From assembly GCA_043228905.1 (NCBI GenBank), contig JBHGNT010000018.1:11284001-11348000 (forward strand): a DNA stretch of 64,000 nt, written 5' to 3'. Shown here piece by piece: positions 25,423 to 39,851 of the stretch. Position numbers and translations under genes: made by a program. Under the pieces are notes generated by a model. That model was given only the letters and a program-made list of their open reading frames with translations. It made no database searches and was not told the DNA's origin. Every line of letters starts with the position of its first letter. The first letter of the stretch is position 1. This stretch comes from Azolla caroliniana. Its lineage: Eukaryota > Plantae > Polypodiophyta.

Positions 25423-28400
25423 GATTGCCGAAGTTTAGTGGCCGGAAGGCCCAAATATGTGAAGCCTGCCAACTCAGGAAGCAACACCGGCTTCCATTCC
25501 CCACCGAATGAAACCGGAGCCGTAACAAGCTCGATCTAATCCATTTGGATGTATGGGGACAGGCACTGAACGTTAGTGTTGGCGGGAGTCGGTATTTCGT
25601 CTCCTTCATCGACAACTACAACCGGCACACATGGATCTACCTCATTGAGAAGAAAAGCGAAGTCTTTGACTGTTTCCGGAACCTTTAAAGCTTAGTCGAA
25701 AAGGAAACGGAGAGGAAGATAAAGTTCCTATGGTCGGAATGGCCGAAAGAAAGAACCGGTTATCTACAACAAAAAGGAATTTGGAGAGAATTCAGATGCT
25801 GATATACACCGGAACAAAACGGTGTGGCCGAAAGAAAGAACCAGTCAATTGTCGATGTGGCAAGGGCAATGCTAGAGGAGAAGAGCATTCCCAAATTCTA
25901 CTGGGCTGAGGCGGTCCGGACGGCCCTCTACGTCCAAAACCGGATCGGGGACAAGGTGTTGACACACATGAACTAGCCGAATTTGAGACACCTTCGGATA
26001 TTCGGAAGTGCATAATCGTTGGCTACTCGTATGAACAGAAGGGGTATAAGTGTTATAACCCCGAGAATAAACAGGTACAAGTAAGTCGAGATGACGAGTT
26101 TGATGAGTCGGCATAATGGTACTCCCTACTGAATCCAACTCCCGACCAAGACCCGACTCCGGAGGATGAGGCTAGTGAACCCGGAGAGGTTCAAGAAGAA
26201 GATGAAGGAGTCGGTACTCTAGATGAGAGTCCAATGTCATTCCGGCTAAGTGGGCCATCTGGGTGGCAGAGTCGGGATGACCAGTTGGATGAAGAACCAA
26301 TGAGTAGTGGAGACTCTGTCGTGCTCTCTCCACGCAAGGAACCGAGGAGACGGTTCACGCGCAAAGAGCAGGGGAATAAGAAGATGTTGGAATATGATAC
26401 TGGCTGTGGAGGGTCGGATCGGAGTGAATCTAACCCCGAAAAGGAAGAAGGCGGATCTTCAGCAAGGAAGTCTGGAACCGGCCAAGAAGGGCCTCAAACC
26501 GACTAACGAAAAGCTACGCCACTCAATCCGCCAGAAGAACCCCATCCAGAGGTACAGATACAATGAGTACATGGCGCATCACTGTGCATACATGACTGAG
26601 GGGGCAGAAGTGCGTGAGCCAGAGAGCTACGCAAAAGCAACAAAGAGACACAAATTGGCATGCTATTATGGAGGAAGAAATGCGGGCACTTGATGCCAAC
26701 AACACATGGGACCTGGTTGACCCTCCCCGACAGTGTAAACCAATCAGTTGTAAATGAGTATATAAGGTGAAGTACAATGCCGACGGTTCAGTCAACCAGT
26801 ACAAGGCCTAATTAGTGGCAAATGGATACGCACAGACCCACGGAATCGACTATGACGAGACCTTCGCTCTGGTAGCGAAGATGACGACGGTTCATGTGGC
26901 ATTGATTGTTGTTGCGGCAAGGGGGTGGCATCTTCACCAAATGGACGTGAAGAATGTTTTTCTTCAAGGTGACCTTGAAGAATGGGTCTATATGATCCAA
27001 CCCCCCGAATTCCAATTGAAGATGAACAAGTCGGTAGTATGGCGACTCAAGAAGTTGCTTTACGATCTGAAGCAAGCCCCCCGAGCTTGGAATGCGAAGA
27101 TCACGCACCAATTGCGTAAGATGGGGTTTGTGGCCTCAAAGTACGACTTTTCATTGTTCATCCGGGAAGGTTTGGATGGTCCAATTTGTATCCTCCTATA
27201 TGTTGATGATTTAGTCATCACCGGACCCGGACTCGATGAAATCAGCAAAGTGAAGTCCCAGATGTCAAATGCATTTGAAATGAAGGACTTGGGGGATCTT
27301 CATTTGAGGTGATCCGGACCCCCAACGGCATATTGCTCTCACATAGACACTATGTGTTGAATATAATGTACAAGTTTGGCATGACGGAATGTTGACCGAT
27401 CTCCACACCCTAGGACCAGAACTTGAAGCTAAATCCTGACTCCGGCCCGGCCTGCAATGAGAAACGGTTCTGACAAATTGTTGGAATATACTTGACGATC
27501 ACCCGACTCGACCCCAGTTATCCAGTTTATGCAGAAGCCGACCGTGGAGCAGCGTTAGTGCGCGCATTGACTATTGTGATATGTGAGTGGCACAAAGGAC
27601 CGGGGACTGTTATACCAACACAGTATAACTGGGAAGCTAGTCAGATATACGGATGCCGATTGGGCTGGTGATGCATCGTATCGCCGATCCACCTCTGATG
27701 ACATGTTTTCTCTTGGTAGCGTGGTTGTTGCATGGAGCAACAAAAAGTAGCCAGCAGTGGCTCTACCGAGCATTGAGGCTGAGTATCGGGGCGTTACCAT
27801 TGCCACCCGTGAAGCAATCGGGCTTCGGCGACTGCTGCGAACCTCCGGATCGAGGTGCCGACCCCAATCCTGATCTATTGTGACAATGTAAGCAGCATAC
27901 AACTTGCCAAGAATCATGTATTCCATGCTCGGACAAAGGACATAGAAGTGCATTATCACTTTGTTCGCGAGCGAGTCTTGAGCGGTGAAGTTGAACTTCG
28001 GTATGTTCACACGAATCAGCAGGTTGTCGACATCTTCACCAAGCTGCTCGGATCGGACAAGTTGCAACATTTTTCGAAGATGCTCGACATTCAACATCTC
28101 GATGTGTGGCACTTGAGGCAGAGAATAGGCATGGGAACAGATGGCACCAGACAAGGAGCCGGAGAGGAAGAAAGAACCAAGGGGGGAGATGAGCAGATAA
28201 AGGAAGCCGAGCCGACCAAAGGAGACGACACATCCAAACAAGTCGGAGCAAGCGGCAACGGCGGCAGAGTCAAGAAGGACAGAGCCGACCGGAAGATGGC
28301 CAAAACCTAGACATGGTTCGATGTGGTGAAGGGCCACCAACTCGGACAAGAGCTGGAACGAATCGAAGGAAGCCGATTTAGTTCAACAGTTGGATTCGGA

Positions 28401-28850
28401 AGAGCCGAATCAACTAAAGGCCAAGCGGACGAGAATGCAGCGGAAGTCGACACCGACACGGAGGAACAGATGGGTGGACAAGGGTCGGAGTCATAGGAGC
28501 GAAGGAGCTAAGATGGGCCTGTTGAGCAAACAAGCCGACCAAGGAGGTGGAGGTGCGTAGAACCGGATGGGTCATGGGAAGCAGAACCGGACCAGACGAG
28601 GAGCGCAAGCAAGGTAGGAGGACGTAAGGAGTTGTAGGAAAGGACCGGCTACAGCAGATACTGACACCACGATCCGACCTCAAATTCAGCTTGAGGGGGA
28701 GTGTTGAGTGACCAAGCTCAACCGTATCCGGATTGGCTGAACAAGCCAAAGCCGGATCGGTGTCCGGATGGTATCCAGAACCATGAGCCGGATTAGAGAG
28801 ATGGATCAGAGAGCCGGATTCAAATGTGAACCAGAAGGCTAGTAGTAACC
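25423..28850 (+). mobile_element. Degenerate Ty1/copia (INT-RT-RH, tail, PPT, partial 3' LTR from 28702)
   Basis: LLYVDDLV, CDNVSS, PPT TTGAGGGGGAG at 28691-28701; same family as 52966-58959. Confidence 0.88.
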
Positions 28851-30268
28851 TATACTCATAGACTACTCTGCCACACAAAAAGGCTATGTTTGCTAGAGTC
28901 TAGTAGAGAAGAGATTATTTGTGAGCATGGATGTGCATTTCAGAGAGTCAGAGCCATATTATAAACAAGGGGTAACTTCACCCTTTGATGACTTAATTGA
29001 GACTGAAAATATGAGGGAAGGAGATAATGGTGAGAGGTTGCTAAAAATAGGATCAATTCCGTTACTGATCCCTACATCAACTGAGAAACAAGTGAGCGTA
29101 GGCGGTACAAAAGAAGAAGGAAACAAAGACGAGGAGCCTATATGTGTTGGGACTCAAGCTGAGGGGGAGCTAAAGGTGTATACAAGGAAGAGGAGGCAAA
29201 AAGAAGGAAATATGAACACATCTTCAGTGCCACATGTGCCATCAAGTTCCATGTCCCGACTTGCCTCGACTTTGGAAATACCTACATAACTCGCAAACCC
29301 AGAAATCACAGGTGATATGATTTCCTCTCCTTCTCCTATAGAGATTAGGAGGACCTCTCGCAGTAATGCAAGAGTCCCTCTTGATCGTTATGGTTTTCCT
29401 CATGATATTGCTCAGTTTATCTCTTATTCTAACATATCAACTACACATAGAGCATTCACTGCATCATTAGACTCTGTCACTTTACCCAAGTGTTGGCAAG
29501 TTGCTAAAGAAGATCCAAAATGGAAAGCAACCATTCAAGAAGAACTCAGAGCTCTTGAGAAGAACAAAACTTGGGAGATTGTGTCACTACCACCAGGAAA
29601 GAAGGCGGTTGGCTGCAAATGGGTGTTTACAATAAAACAAACCCCAGAGGGTAAAATAGATCGATACAAGGCACGATTGGTGGCTAAAGGATATAGTCAG
29701 ACATATGGCATTGACTACAATGAGACTTTTGCACCTGTGGCGAAGATGAGCATTGTTAGAACGCTTATTACCTTAGCAGTGAATAAGGATTGGAAATTAC
29801 ATCAATTAGATGTAAAAAATGCATTCCTTCATGGAGAGTTGATGGAGGAAGTATACATGAATGTCCCCCGAGGTTTTGCACAATTCAAACAATAGGTAAG
29901 GTTTGCAGACTAAGGAAGTCTATTTATGGATTGAAGCAATCTCCTTGAGCTTGGTTCGACGGGTTAAGAAAGGCTATTGTCATGATATTGCAAGACTCGA
30001 ACCCATGACCTTATGCTACATGGGTCGAGCTCTTGACCATTAGACCATACATTGTAATACATAGAATATTATTCTCACTTATGTTTTATTATAGAAAATT
30101 GATGTATATTCCAGATTTCTCTGGAACATTCTAGAAACTTCAGGAGTATTCCTTAGAACACTATAAAAAGAGGCACGAGGCATTATTTCGAACCAAATCG
30201 GTTCAACGCCAGTCTTAAGCCTCCTAGCTACTACTGTACATTCTCTTCACATAATATATATATTTTCT

Positions 30269-30310
<42 letters not shown>

Positions 30311-30400
30311 TTCCTTCTCTCGAGAGTTCTCCACCTCTCTTAGTACTAATACTTCTTTTAGTACTAATTCCTTCTCTATCTTAGTACTGTTCCTGACAGT

Positions 30401-30412
30401 TTGAACCGATTT
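30401..30412 (+). other. Self-priming PBS of chromovirus
   Basis: TTGAACCGATTT is the exact complement of LTR 30195-30206, about 30 nt below the TATA box. Confidence 0.8.
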
Positions 30413-30479
30413 CTGGTCGATCTTCCTTTCCTCCTTTTCCTTTTATCTTCTTATTAATCCTCTTATCCTCCCTAGTAAA

Positions 30480-32480
30480 ATGGAAATTGTTAGCGCTCAG
30501 GAATACCAATCTGTTTTCTCGGAGCTCTAGTGTTTAAAAGAGAAATTTGTAGCATTAGAACAAGAAAATCATCGCTTGTTGGGGGATCTTCAACAAATAG
30601 TGTTGGAAAAACAACAACACGAGGAGCTGACACTAGGTGTACAACAACTCGAAGCGACTATCATATCATTACAACAACAAGGATCAAGCACTCAAGGGAT
30701 TCACAAAGAACCCAAGATCGGTCTTCCTGCAAAATTTGATGGGACCTGATCACAGTTTAGAGGGTTTTTGAATCAGGTACGTTTAGTGATACAAATGCAT
30801 CCTTCTCGATATCCCACCGATGCATCACGAGTGGGACTAGTAGGCACTCTCCTTAGTGGCTCAACGTTAGCATGGTTTGCTCCATTGTTGGAAAAGGATT
30901 CTCCATTATTAAACAGTTTTGAAGAATTTATAAGTGAGTTTAAGGCCTGTTTTGGAGATACTGACAGCATAAGGACTGCAATCAACAAAATCCAGCGATT
31001 ACGCCAAGGTGATCGTCCAGCTTCCGCATATGCTGTAGATTTCCGCCTACTCGTTGCCGATATCCCTTGGGATGATCACGCATTGATGGAGCAATTCCGT
31101 TATGGCTTACGCAACGATGCCAAGATAATCTAGCATGTGTCATATCATTTAATATAATTAGCATCCCAGAACACCCCATTGTCTTAGGATTACCATGGTT
31201 CGAATTACATAACCCAGGCATAGATTGGCGGACAAGAGAAATCCGGCATCAAAAAGCCCGAGGGTCTACTCATGAGATTGCAACGATTTCACTACATCAG
31301 TTGTGTGAGGAAGGATACAAGGAAGAAATGTTCCTCTTCGCAATATCAGTAAACCCCTCCAGCACCACTAAAGAGGATTCCATTGTTCAACTTCTAGAGA
31401 AGTATCATCAGTATGCCGATGTGTTTGATAAAGTACAAGCCACTACGCTTCCTCACCATCGACCATATGATTGCCCCATCGATTTACAACCGCGGAAAGA
31501 GCCACCTTGGGGACTGATCTACAATTTGTCACCAACCAAACTGGAAGTCCTTCGAGCCTATATAGAGGAGAATTTGGAGAATGGTTTCATACGACATTCG
31601 AAATCTCCAGCCGGCGCACCCATTTTCTTCGTCAAGAAAAAGGATGGCTCACTTCGGCTCGTTGTAGATTACTGTGGCTTGAATAAGGTTACAATCCGAA
31701 ATAGGTATGCACTCCCCCTTATCTCAAGTTTTTAGAACGGATCAATGGTGCCAGGTTCTTCACGAAGATCGACTTACGGGGGGAGCCTATAACCTCGTAC
31801 GGATCCGACCAGGAGATGAATGGAAGACCGCGTTCCGCACCAGATATGGGCACTTCGAGTATACGGTCATGTCGTTCGGCCTCACTAATGCACCATCAGT
31901 CTTCCAGCACATGGCAAATGATATTTTCCGAGATCTCTTGGATGTGTGTCTAATCATCTATTTGGATGATCTACTGGTTTACTCGAAGACCCAAGAAGAG
32001 CATGATTCTCATGTATTGTTAGTACTAAAATGACTTCGAGAACATGGTCTCTATGCAAAGCTGGAAAAATGTAGTTTCGGGTGCAACCAGGTCGAGTTTC
32101 TTGGCTATGTCATTTCCTCAGAAGGCATCTCCATGGACCCAGCTAAGGTCAAAACGGTGGTAGAATGGCAGACTCCGCGTTCGGTGCGGGATGTGCAATG
32201 CTTTCTAGGCTTTGCCAATTTTTACCGGAAGTTTATAAAGGATTACTCAAAGCTCGTTTTGCCTCTTACACAACTTACTAGGAAGGGACAATCGTTTGTT
32301 TGGTCTGAAGAAGCAGACATGGCTTTTGATAATCTTAAACAGGCGTTTACATCGGCTCCGATTCTAGCTCACGTTGATCTAGAAAAACCATTCATCATCG
32401 AAGCGGACGCATCGGATTTTGCATTGGGAAGCATTCTATCAAAACGAGGTAATGATGAAAAGCTACATCCTGTGGCTTTT
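30480..32480 (+). pseudogene. gag-pol: Chromovirus gag (partly deleted), RT and start of RH
   Basis: [33 protein letters not shown]; several stops. Confidence 0.9.
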
Positions 32481-35400
32481 TGTCGGAATTCAGTGCTCGG
32501 CCACAACCGAGGAACAGGATCGATTCACAGAAAACGGGAAATACAAGAATGCACGAAAAACAATAGAGAGAAGGGTACACTGGATGTTTTACGTGGAAAA
32601 CCCTAAATGGGAAAAACCACGGGAGTGCAAGACTCCAACTATCACTATACGCAGGAATGTACAATGGCGAGCTGCAAGGCGACGACCTTGAACTCGCTGT
32701 CCTCGCCACAGGTGGCGGTATTACACAGAGGCGTCGACCTCTTCCTTCCTCTTTCTCTCTCACTCTCTCTCGGCTGCTCTCACTTCGCTCCCTCTTAGTG
32801 GAAAACAGAAAATGAGCAACAACAACCAAAATTGTTTGCCCTAAGTCATATTTATACACATATGACTTTCGGGCTATTTACAAATATAGCCTCAAGGGCC
32901 CTTGGCAAACATATTCACAGATATGTCCCCGCATCCGGATCTCTCTCCGGGTATATACGTCATCCGGCTCCGTAACCGGGGTCTTCAGCATCCGGCTCCG
33001 TAACCGGGGTCTTCAGCATCCAGCTCCGTAACCGGGTACTCTTCATCCGGCTTCATGCCGGGTACTCTTCATCCTATGGTTCCGTAACAGCCTCCGGGCT
33101 TGCCGTCATTCATCTCCGGACATCCCATCCGGAGGGACCGAAATCCCAACAAACTCCCCCTTCACTTCGGCATGGGATGTCTCTCCAACCCGATCCTCTT
33201 CCGGCATGCTTCCAGCTTGTCGGGTGTGAGCACCTTGGTCAGCATATCCGACCCGTTCTCGTCCGTGTGGATCTTCGTCAGCACGAACTCCTTGTCTTCT
33301 ATCCTTTCCCGGATCCAGTGGTATCTACGCTGGATGTGTTTCGTCCGGGAATGGTAGGCCGCGTTCTTCGCAAGGTGGATGGCACTCAGACTATCGCAGT
33401 AGAGTCGGTACTCCTCCTGTCGGATACCGAGCTCTCTAATGAAGTCCTTCATCCATATTATTTCCTTGCCGGCTTCAACAGCCGCCATGTACTCCGCCTC
33501 CGTGGTTGACAGCGCAACCGTCTTCTGCAGCCTCGACTGCCACGAAACAGCTCCACCTGCATACGTCATCACATACCCTGATGTGGACCGGCTGGTATCT
33601 GCATCAGCCGACATATCCGAATCGGTAAAGCCGTCGAATTCGGGCTTACCGGAGCCGAATCGGAGGCACACGTTTGCCGTGCCCTTCAGGTATCGGAGTA
33701 TCCACTTGACCGCGTTCCAGTGCTCTTTGCCGGGATTGCTCATGTACCGGCTCACCACTCCAACTGCATATCCTATGTCCGGTCTTGTACACACCATTGC
33801 GTACATCAAGCTTCCAACGGCAGAGGCATATGGCACTTTCATCATGTCCTCCTTCTCAGCCTTTGTCTTGGGGCTTTGCTTGCTGGACAACTTGCAGTTT
33901 GCCGGGAGGGTTGACCCGACCGGTCTTGCTTCCGAAATGTTGAACCGGTGAAGCACCTTTGTCACGTACTTCTCCTGTGACAGCCACAACTGCTTCTTCT
34001 TCCGGTCCCGGATGATGTGCATCCCTAGTATTTGCCTCGCCGGACCCAGGTCCTTCATTGAGAAGGTTCGCTGAAGCGCTTTCTTCAGCGTCCGTATCTT
34101 GACCTGGTCCCGTCCGACGATCAACATGTCGTCCACGTACAGGAGGAGTATTAGAGAGTCTCCTCCTTCGAACTTCTTCACAAACACGCAGTGATCAGAC
34201 TGCGTTTTGTGGTACCCTTCGTCGGTCATGAAGGAGTCGAACTTCCGGTACCATTGCCGGGGAGCCTGCTTCAGTCCGTAAAGGCTCTTCTTCAACCGGC
34301 ATACCAGGTGCTCCTTCCCTTTCTTCCCGAATCCTTCCGGTTGCTGCATGTAGATCTCTTCTTCGAGGTCACCGTGAAGGAATGCCGTCTTCACGTCCAT
34401 CTGTTCTACCTCGAGGTCCATGCTTGCCGCTATGCTCAGCACCGTCCGGATGGAGGTCATCTTCACTACCGGGGCAAATATCTCGTCGAAGTCGACGCCC
34501 TTCTTCTGCTAGAACCCCTTCACCACGATCCTGGCTTTGTATCTCGGGGGGTTTCCGGCATCTCCCGGTTTCAGCTTGAACACCCACTTGTTTCGAAGTG
34601 CCCGCTTTCCTTTCGGCAACTCCACAAGTTCATATGTGTGGTTCTCATGCAGGGAATCCATCTCGTCCTGCATGGCACTCAACCACCTGCGGCTCTGGGT
34701 GTCATGCTTTGCTTCTTCAAAGCTCTCCGGCTCCCCTTCGTCGGTTAGCAGCACGTGCTCTGGTTCCGGAAATCTCCGGGGGGCCCTTCTCTCTCTTAGA
34801 GGATATCTCCGTTCCGGAGCTTCGGTAACCGGTTCTTCCGATTCTTCTTCATCCGAATCGATTTCGGGATCGGGGACGGTTCCGGTATCATTTTCATCTT
34901 CTTCGGCCGGTTCTGTTTCTTTACCGTCTTCGGCCGGATCCTCGAGTGCTAACCGGTCTCTTGCCGGTCGGGACTGCTCCTCGTAGAGTTGATCCTCACC
35001 AGTCGACTTGGAGCTCTTCATCTTCTTCTCCGACTCCCAGTCGGCAAGTGTCTTGTTCTCCATGAAGATGATATCACGACTCCGGAATATCTTCTTGTCG
35101 ACCGGGTCCCATACTCGGTAGCCGAACTCGTCATCGCCGTAACCGAGGAATATGCATGGCCGGGTCTTTGGATCTAGCTTTCCTCTCCGGTCCTTAGCCA
35201 CATGCACATATGCGAGGCACCCGAACACCTTCAGATGCCGGTAGGATACTTCCCTACCGGTCCACACTCTCTGCGGCGTGTCTCCGTCCAAAGGTACTGA
35301 AGGTGATCTATTTATCACGTATGTCGCCGTCGACATCGCCTCAACCCAAAACCCCTTGGGTAATTTCGCATGCGCTAGCATACTCCGGACCCTCTCCATT

Positions 35401-37936
35401 ATGGTCCGGTTCATCCTTTCGGCCAGCCCGTTCAGTTCCGGCGTCTTCGGCACAGTAAACTCGAGCCGGATTCCCTTCGAGCGACAGTACTCCGCGAACT
35501 GCCCCCGGTATTCTCCTCCGTTATCCGATCGTATCGCTTTCAGCTTCTTGCCGGATTCTCTTTCCACTCTCGCGTGGAGTTCTTTGAAGACGGACAACAC
35601 TTGGTCCTTTGTCTTCAACGGTGCCGTCCACAGCTTCCGGCTGTGATCATCAATGAAAGTCACGAAGTACTGGGCTCCGCCATGGGACTTCGTTTCTACC
35701 TGACACACATCAGTGTGCACCAACTCCAATGGTGCGCTACGTCTCGTCGGTGGCCTTGAGTAGAAGGAGGTTCGGTTCTGCTTACCAGCCAGGCAATCGG
35801 TGCACTTCTCCAGGTGCACATGCTTCACTGGAATAAGGTTGTCTTCTGCAAGCCTCTTCATCCCCTTCTCACTCATGTGGCACAGTCTTTTGTGCCACAG
35901 CTCACCGGCAGTGTCGGCTGCCACATTCAGCTCTTCCGGACACAACCAGGCATTCATAGTGTACAGTGTGTTGACTTTCCGGGCCCGAGCCACTATCAGG
36001 CTTCCCTTGCTGAACTTCATTACGCCGTTCCGGATGCTACCTGTGTAGCCTTCATCGTCTAGCCTCCCGGCCGAAATCAGGTTCAATCGAACCTCCGGAA
36101 CGTGTCGGACATCCTTCAGCAGCATTTTGCATCCGGTCGGGGTTGTCAACCATACGTCTCCTATGCCGGCAATCCGGCACGTACCTTCATTTCCCATCCG
36201 AACACAGCCATGTTCACCGGCTGTGTAGGATGAGAAGTATCTACTTTCCGGGGTCAGGTGGAACGACGCTCCGGAATCGACCACCCAGGTAGTCTCATCG
36301 CCGGCAATGTTTAGTTCACCTTCTTCGGTGATGAGCATGATCTCCTCTTCACTTGCCGCGAGTGCCGTCATTCCTTTCCGGTCCTGCCCTCGCCGATCCG
36401 GACCTCTCCGGTCCGTGGCTCCCCGGTATGCACCGTTTCTCTCCGGTGACTTCTTCGAATCGGTGTCGTCGGCTCCGTTGTCTTTTCGGTAATGCCGACA
36501 ATTCTTCCGGAAGTGCCCCGGCTTCCCACAGTGGAAGCATGTGGGTCTTCCTCTTGACTGCGACCGGGTCCCCGACTTCTCCCGTCTTTGCGGACTCCGG
36601 TTCCATTGTCTTCCCCATTCCGATTCGGTAAGCAGCGCCTTCGAGTCGGAGGCCGGTTCTTTATCTCTCCGACGCGCTTCTTCGTTCAAAATACTTGTCT
36701 TTACCGTTTGTAGGGACAAGTTATCTTCGGTGCAGGAGGTGCTGAGAGTCACCACCAAGTTCTCCCAACTTTCCGGCAATGTACACATCAGGATGATGGC
36801 TTGCATTGCATCCTCCAACGGGAACTTGATCGCCGCAAGCTGGTTCACGAATCCCATGAACGTGCTTACGTGTTCCACCATACTCTCGCCATCCCGGTAC
36901 TTGAGGTTCACTATCTTCCTCATCAGGGAGGTCCGGTTCAACGCATTCTTCCTCTCGTAGAGGCCCGACAGCTTCCGCCACATCTCATATGCGTTGGTGT
37001 CGTTCGCCACATGTTGTAGAACGCTCACGTCGACGTATTGCCGAATGGTTGCAACGGCTTTCCGGTTCAGAAGCCTCCACTCCGTCTCAAGTACCCCCTT
37101 GGGTATTTCCGACCTGTCGATCGGTTCATACAGGTCCCGAACAATGAGCAGATCCTCCATCTTTATCTTCCAGTCGGCGTAGTTCTGCGCATTCAGCACC
37201 ATCATCCCCGGCTGCCCGCTGCTGCCGCCTTCCATTTTCTGTGTTATCGTCGCTCTGATACCACTTGTCGGAATTCAGTGCTCGGCCACAACCGAGGAAC
37301 AGGATCGATTCACAGAAAACGGGAAATACAAGAATGCACGAAAAACAATAGAGAGAAGGGTACACTGGATGTTTTACGTGGAAAACCCTAAATGGGAAAA
37401 ACCACGGGAGTGCAAGACTCCAACTATCACTATACGCGGGAATGTACAATGGCGAGCTGCAAGGCGACGACCTTGAACTCGTTGTCCTCGCCACAAGTGG
37501 CGGTATTACACAGAGGCGTCGACCTCTTCCTTCCTCTTTCTCTCTCACTCTCTCTCGGCTGCTCTCACTTCGCTCCCTCTTAGTGGAAAACAGAAAATGA
37601 GCAACAACAACCAAAACTGTTTGCCCTAAGTCATATTTATACACATATGACTTTCGGGCTATTTACAAATATAGCCTCAAGGGCCCTTGGCAAACATATT
37701 CACAGATATGTCCCCGCATCCGGATCTCTCTCCGGGTACATACGTCATCCGGCTCCGTAACCGGGGTCTTCAGCATCCGGCTCCGTAACCGGGGTCTTCA
37801 GCATCCGGCTCCGTAACCGGGTACTCTTCATCCAGCTTCATGCCGGGTACTCTTCATCCTACGGTTCCGTAACAGCCTCCGGGCTTGCCGTCATTCATCT
37901 CCGGACATCCCATCCGGAGGGACCGAAATCCCAACA
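32481..37936 (-). mobile_element. Near-intact full-length TNT1/Tork-like copia (element C)
   Basis: 671-bp LTRs 32481-33151 and 37266-37936 (about 8 transitions), TSD CTTTT, PBS TGGTATCAGAGC at 37252-37263, PPT 33154-33163. Confidence 0.98.
33162..37235 (-). pseudogene. gag-pol: Copia gag-pol with a single in-frame stop (34509-34511)
   Basis: 908-aa and 434-aa ORFs in one frame, nearly identical to 2-4075. Confidence 0.95.
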
Positions 37937-39851
37937 CTTTTCACTCACGCAAGTTTGACACCGCCAAAATCAACTATGAAATTCATGATAAAGAGCTATT
38001 GGCTATAGTGGACTCTTTTATGCAATGGAGGCATTTTCTAGAGGGATCTTCTCATCAAGTCACTGTATTCAGTGACCACAAAAACCTCGCCTATTTTCAA
38101 GACGCTCGTGTGTTAAATCGACGTCAAGCTCGGTGGGCCCATTTTCTTACACGTTTCGACTTCAAGATTACATATCGACCTGGGAAACATCAAGGGAAAG
38201 CAGATGCATTATCATGGCGTTCGTACCTAGCACCGCGTCCCGGCGAGCCAGCTTTCGATAACCAAAAGCAAGTAATCTTGGGACCGGCACGACTACAAGC
38301 AACACAGGTCTTTGGCATGCCCATGGATTCCCACGTTATCGATATCATACGTGCGGACCTGAAGACAAATGCTTTCGCCCAAGCTATACTAGCACAAATT
38401 GATCCCTCTCGAGCGTCGTGTTCACAGTCGCAACCACCAGGTACGGACTATCGGCAATTCAAATACCATGATGGATTACTCTTCTTTAAAGAACTTTTGT
38501 ATGTTCCTAATGGTTCTTGCCGCCTTCAAGTAGTACAAAACTGTCATGACACATATACAGCTGGGCATTTTGGTAGTACTAAAACATTAGATTTAGTACA
38601 ATGATCATTCTGGTGGCCCCGTATGTGACAATTTGTCGAAGATTTTGTTCGGACTTGTGACACATGCTGCAGAGCGAAAATGCCAAGGCATCATCCATAT
38701 GGTTTATTAGAACCATTACCAATTCCAAGCAAGCCGTGGCAAGCCATTGCTCTAGACTTCATCACAGATCTTCCAGTCTCTAAGGGGTTCAATGCGATTC
38801 TAACAGTGGTAGATCGATATACGAAGATGGCTCATTTTTTGCCATGTACTAAGGAAATCTCCAGTGAAGACACCGCTGAAATTGTCATGCGTGAAGTATG
38901 TTGGCATCATGGACTTCCCGATAGTATCGCCAGCGACCGTGGACCCCAGTTCGTGTCAAAATTCTGGAAGCACCTTTTTAAAATGCTCAAGGTCACTTGT
39001 AACCTCTCCTCCGGCTACCACCCACAAATCGACGGCCAAGCCGAACGAACAAATCAAACGTTGGAGCAGTACCTGCGGTGCTTTCTCAGCTATCATCAGG
39101 ATGACTGGGCAGATATTCTCCACTTCGCCGAATTTGCCTATAATAACTCTATCCACGCATCGACTAAAGTTACGCCATTTTATGCTTATACGGGATGTCA
39201 CCCCCGGTGGTGTGTACTTAAAATCCCAGAGGTGTCCACAAATCCTTGCACAAGGATCGTTTGGAGCGGTTACGCAAGATACAAGCGGATTTATCTACTC
39301 ATCTCCAACAAGCTCAGCAAAAACACAAGGTTTATGCGGATCGTCATCGACTCCCATCCAGTTTTAACATTGGAGATCGGGTATGGCTACTCCAACGACA
39401 CATCAAGACTACTCGCCCATGCGAGAAGTTGGATTATCGGCGATTAGGTCCTTTCCATATCATAGGAAAGATTAATGATGTCGCTTTTCGTCTCAATCTA
39501 CCTCCACAACTTCGGATACATCCGGTGTTTCATAGTTCTCTCCTTGAACCCTATCAAGAGAGCACCATCCCAGGACGTATTACACAGCCTCCACCCTCGA
39601 TCGAGCTTGAAGATGGACCTGAGTACGAGGTTGCCGCCATCCTTGATTCCAAGATTGTTCGCAACAAGCTCTACTATCTAGTCGATTGGCTAGGATATAG
39701 TCCCAATGAGCGTACTTGGGAACCGATAGAGAATGTCACCAATGCTCGTGCTCTTCTTGAAGACTTCCATCATCAATATCCAGACAAACCGAGTCCTCAA
39801 TCCAAAACGACTCGTTACACTCGTCGTTTTAAAGGGGGGATAGTGTCATGA
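37937..39851 (+). pseudogene. pol: Chromovirus RH-INT-chromodomain
   Basis: NYEIHDKELLAI, LDFITDLP, SDRGPQF, LGPF, chromodomain. Confidence 0.92.
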
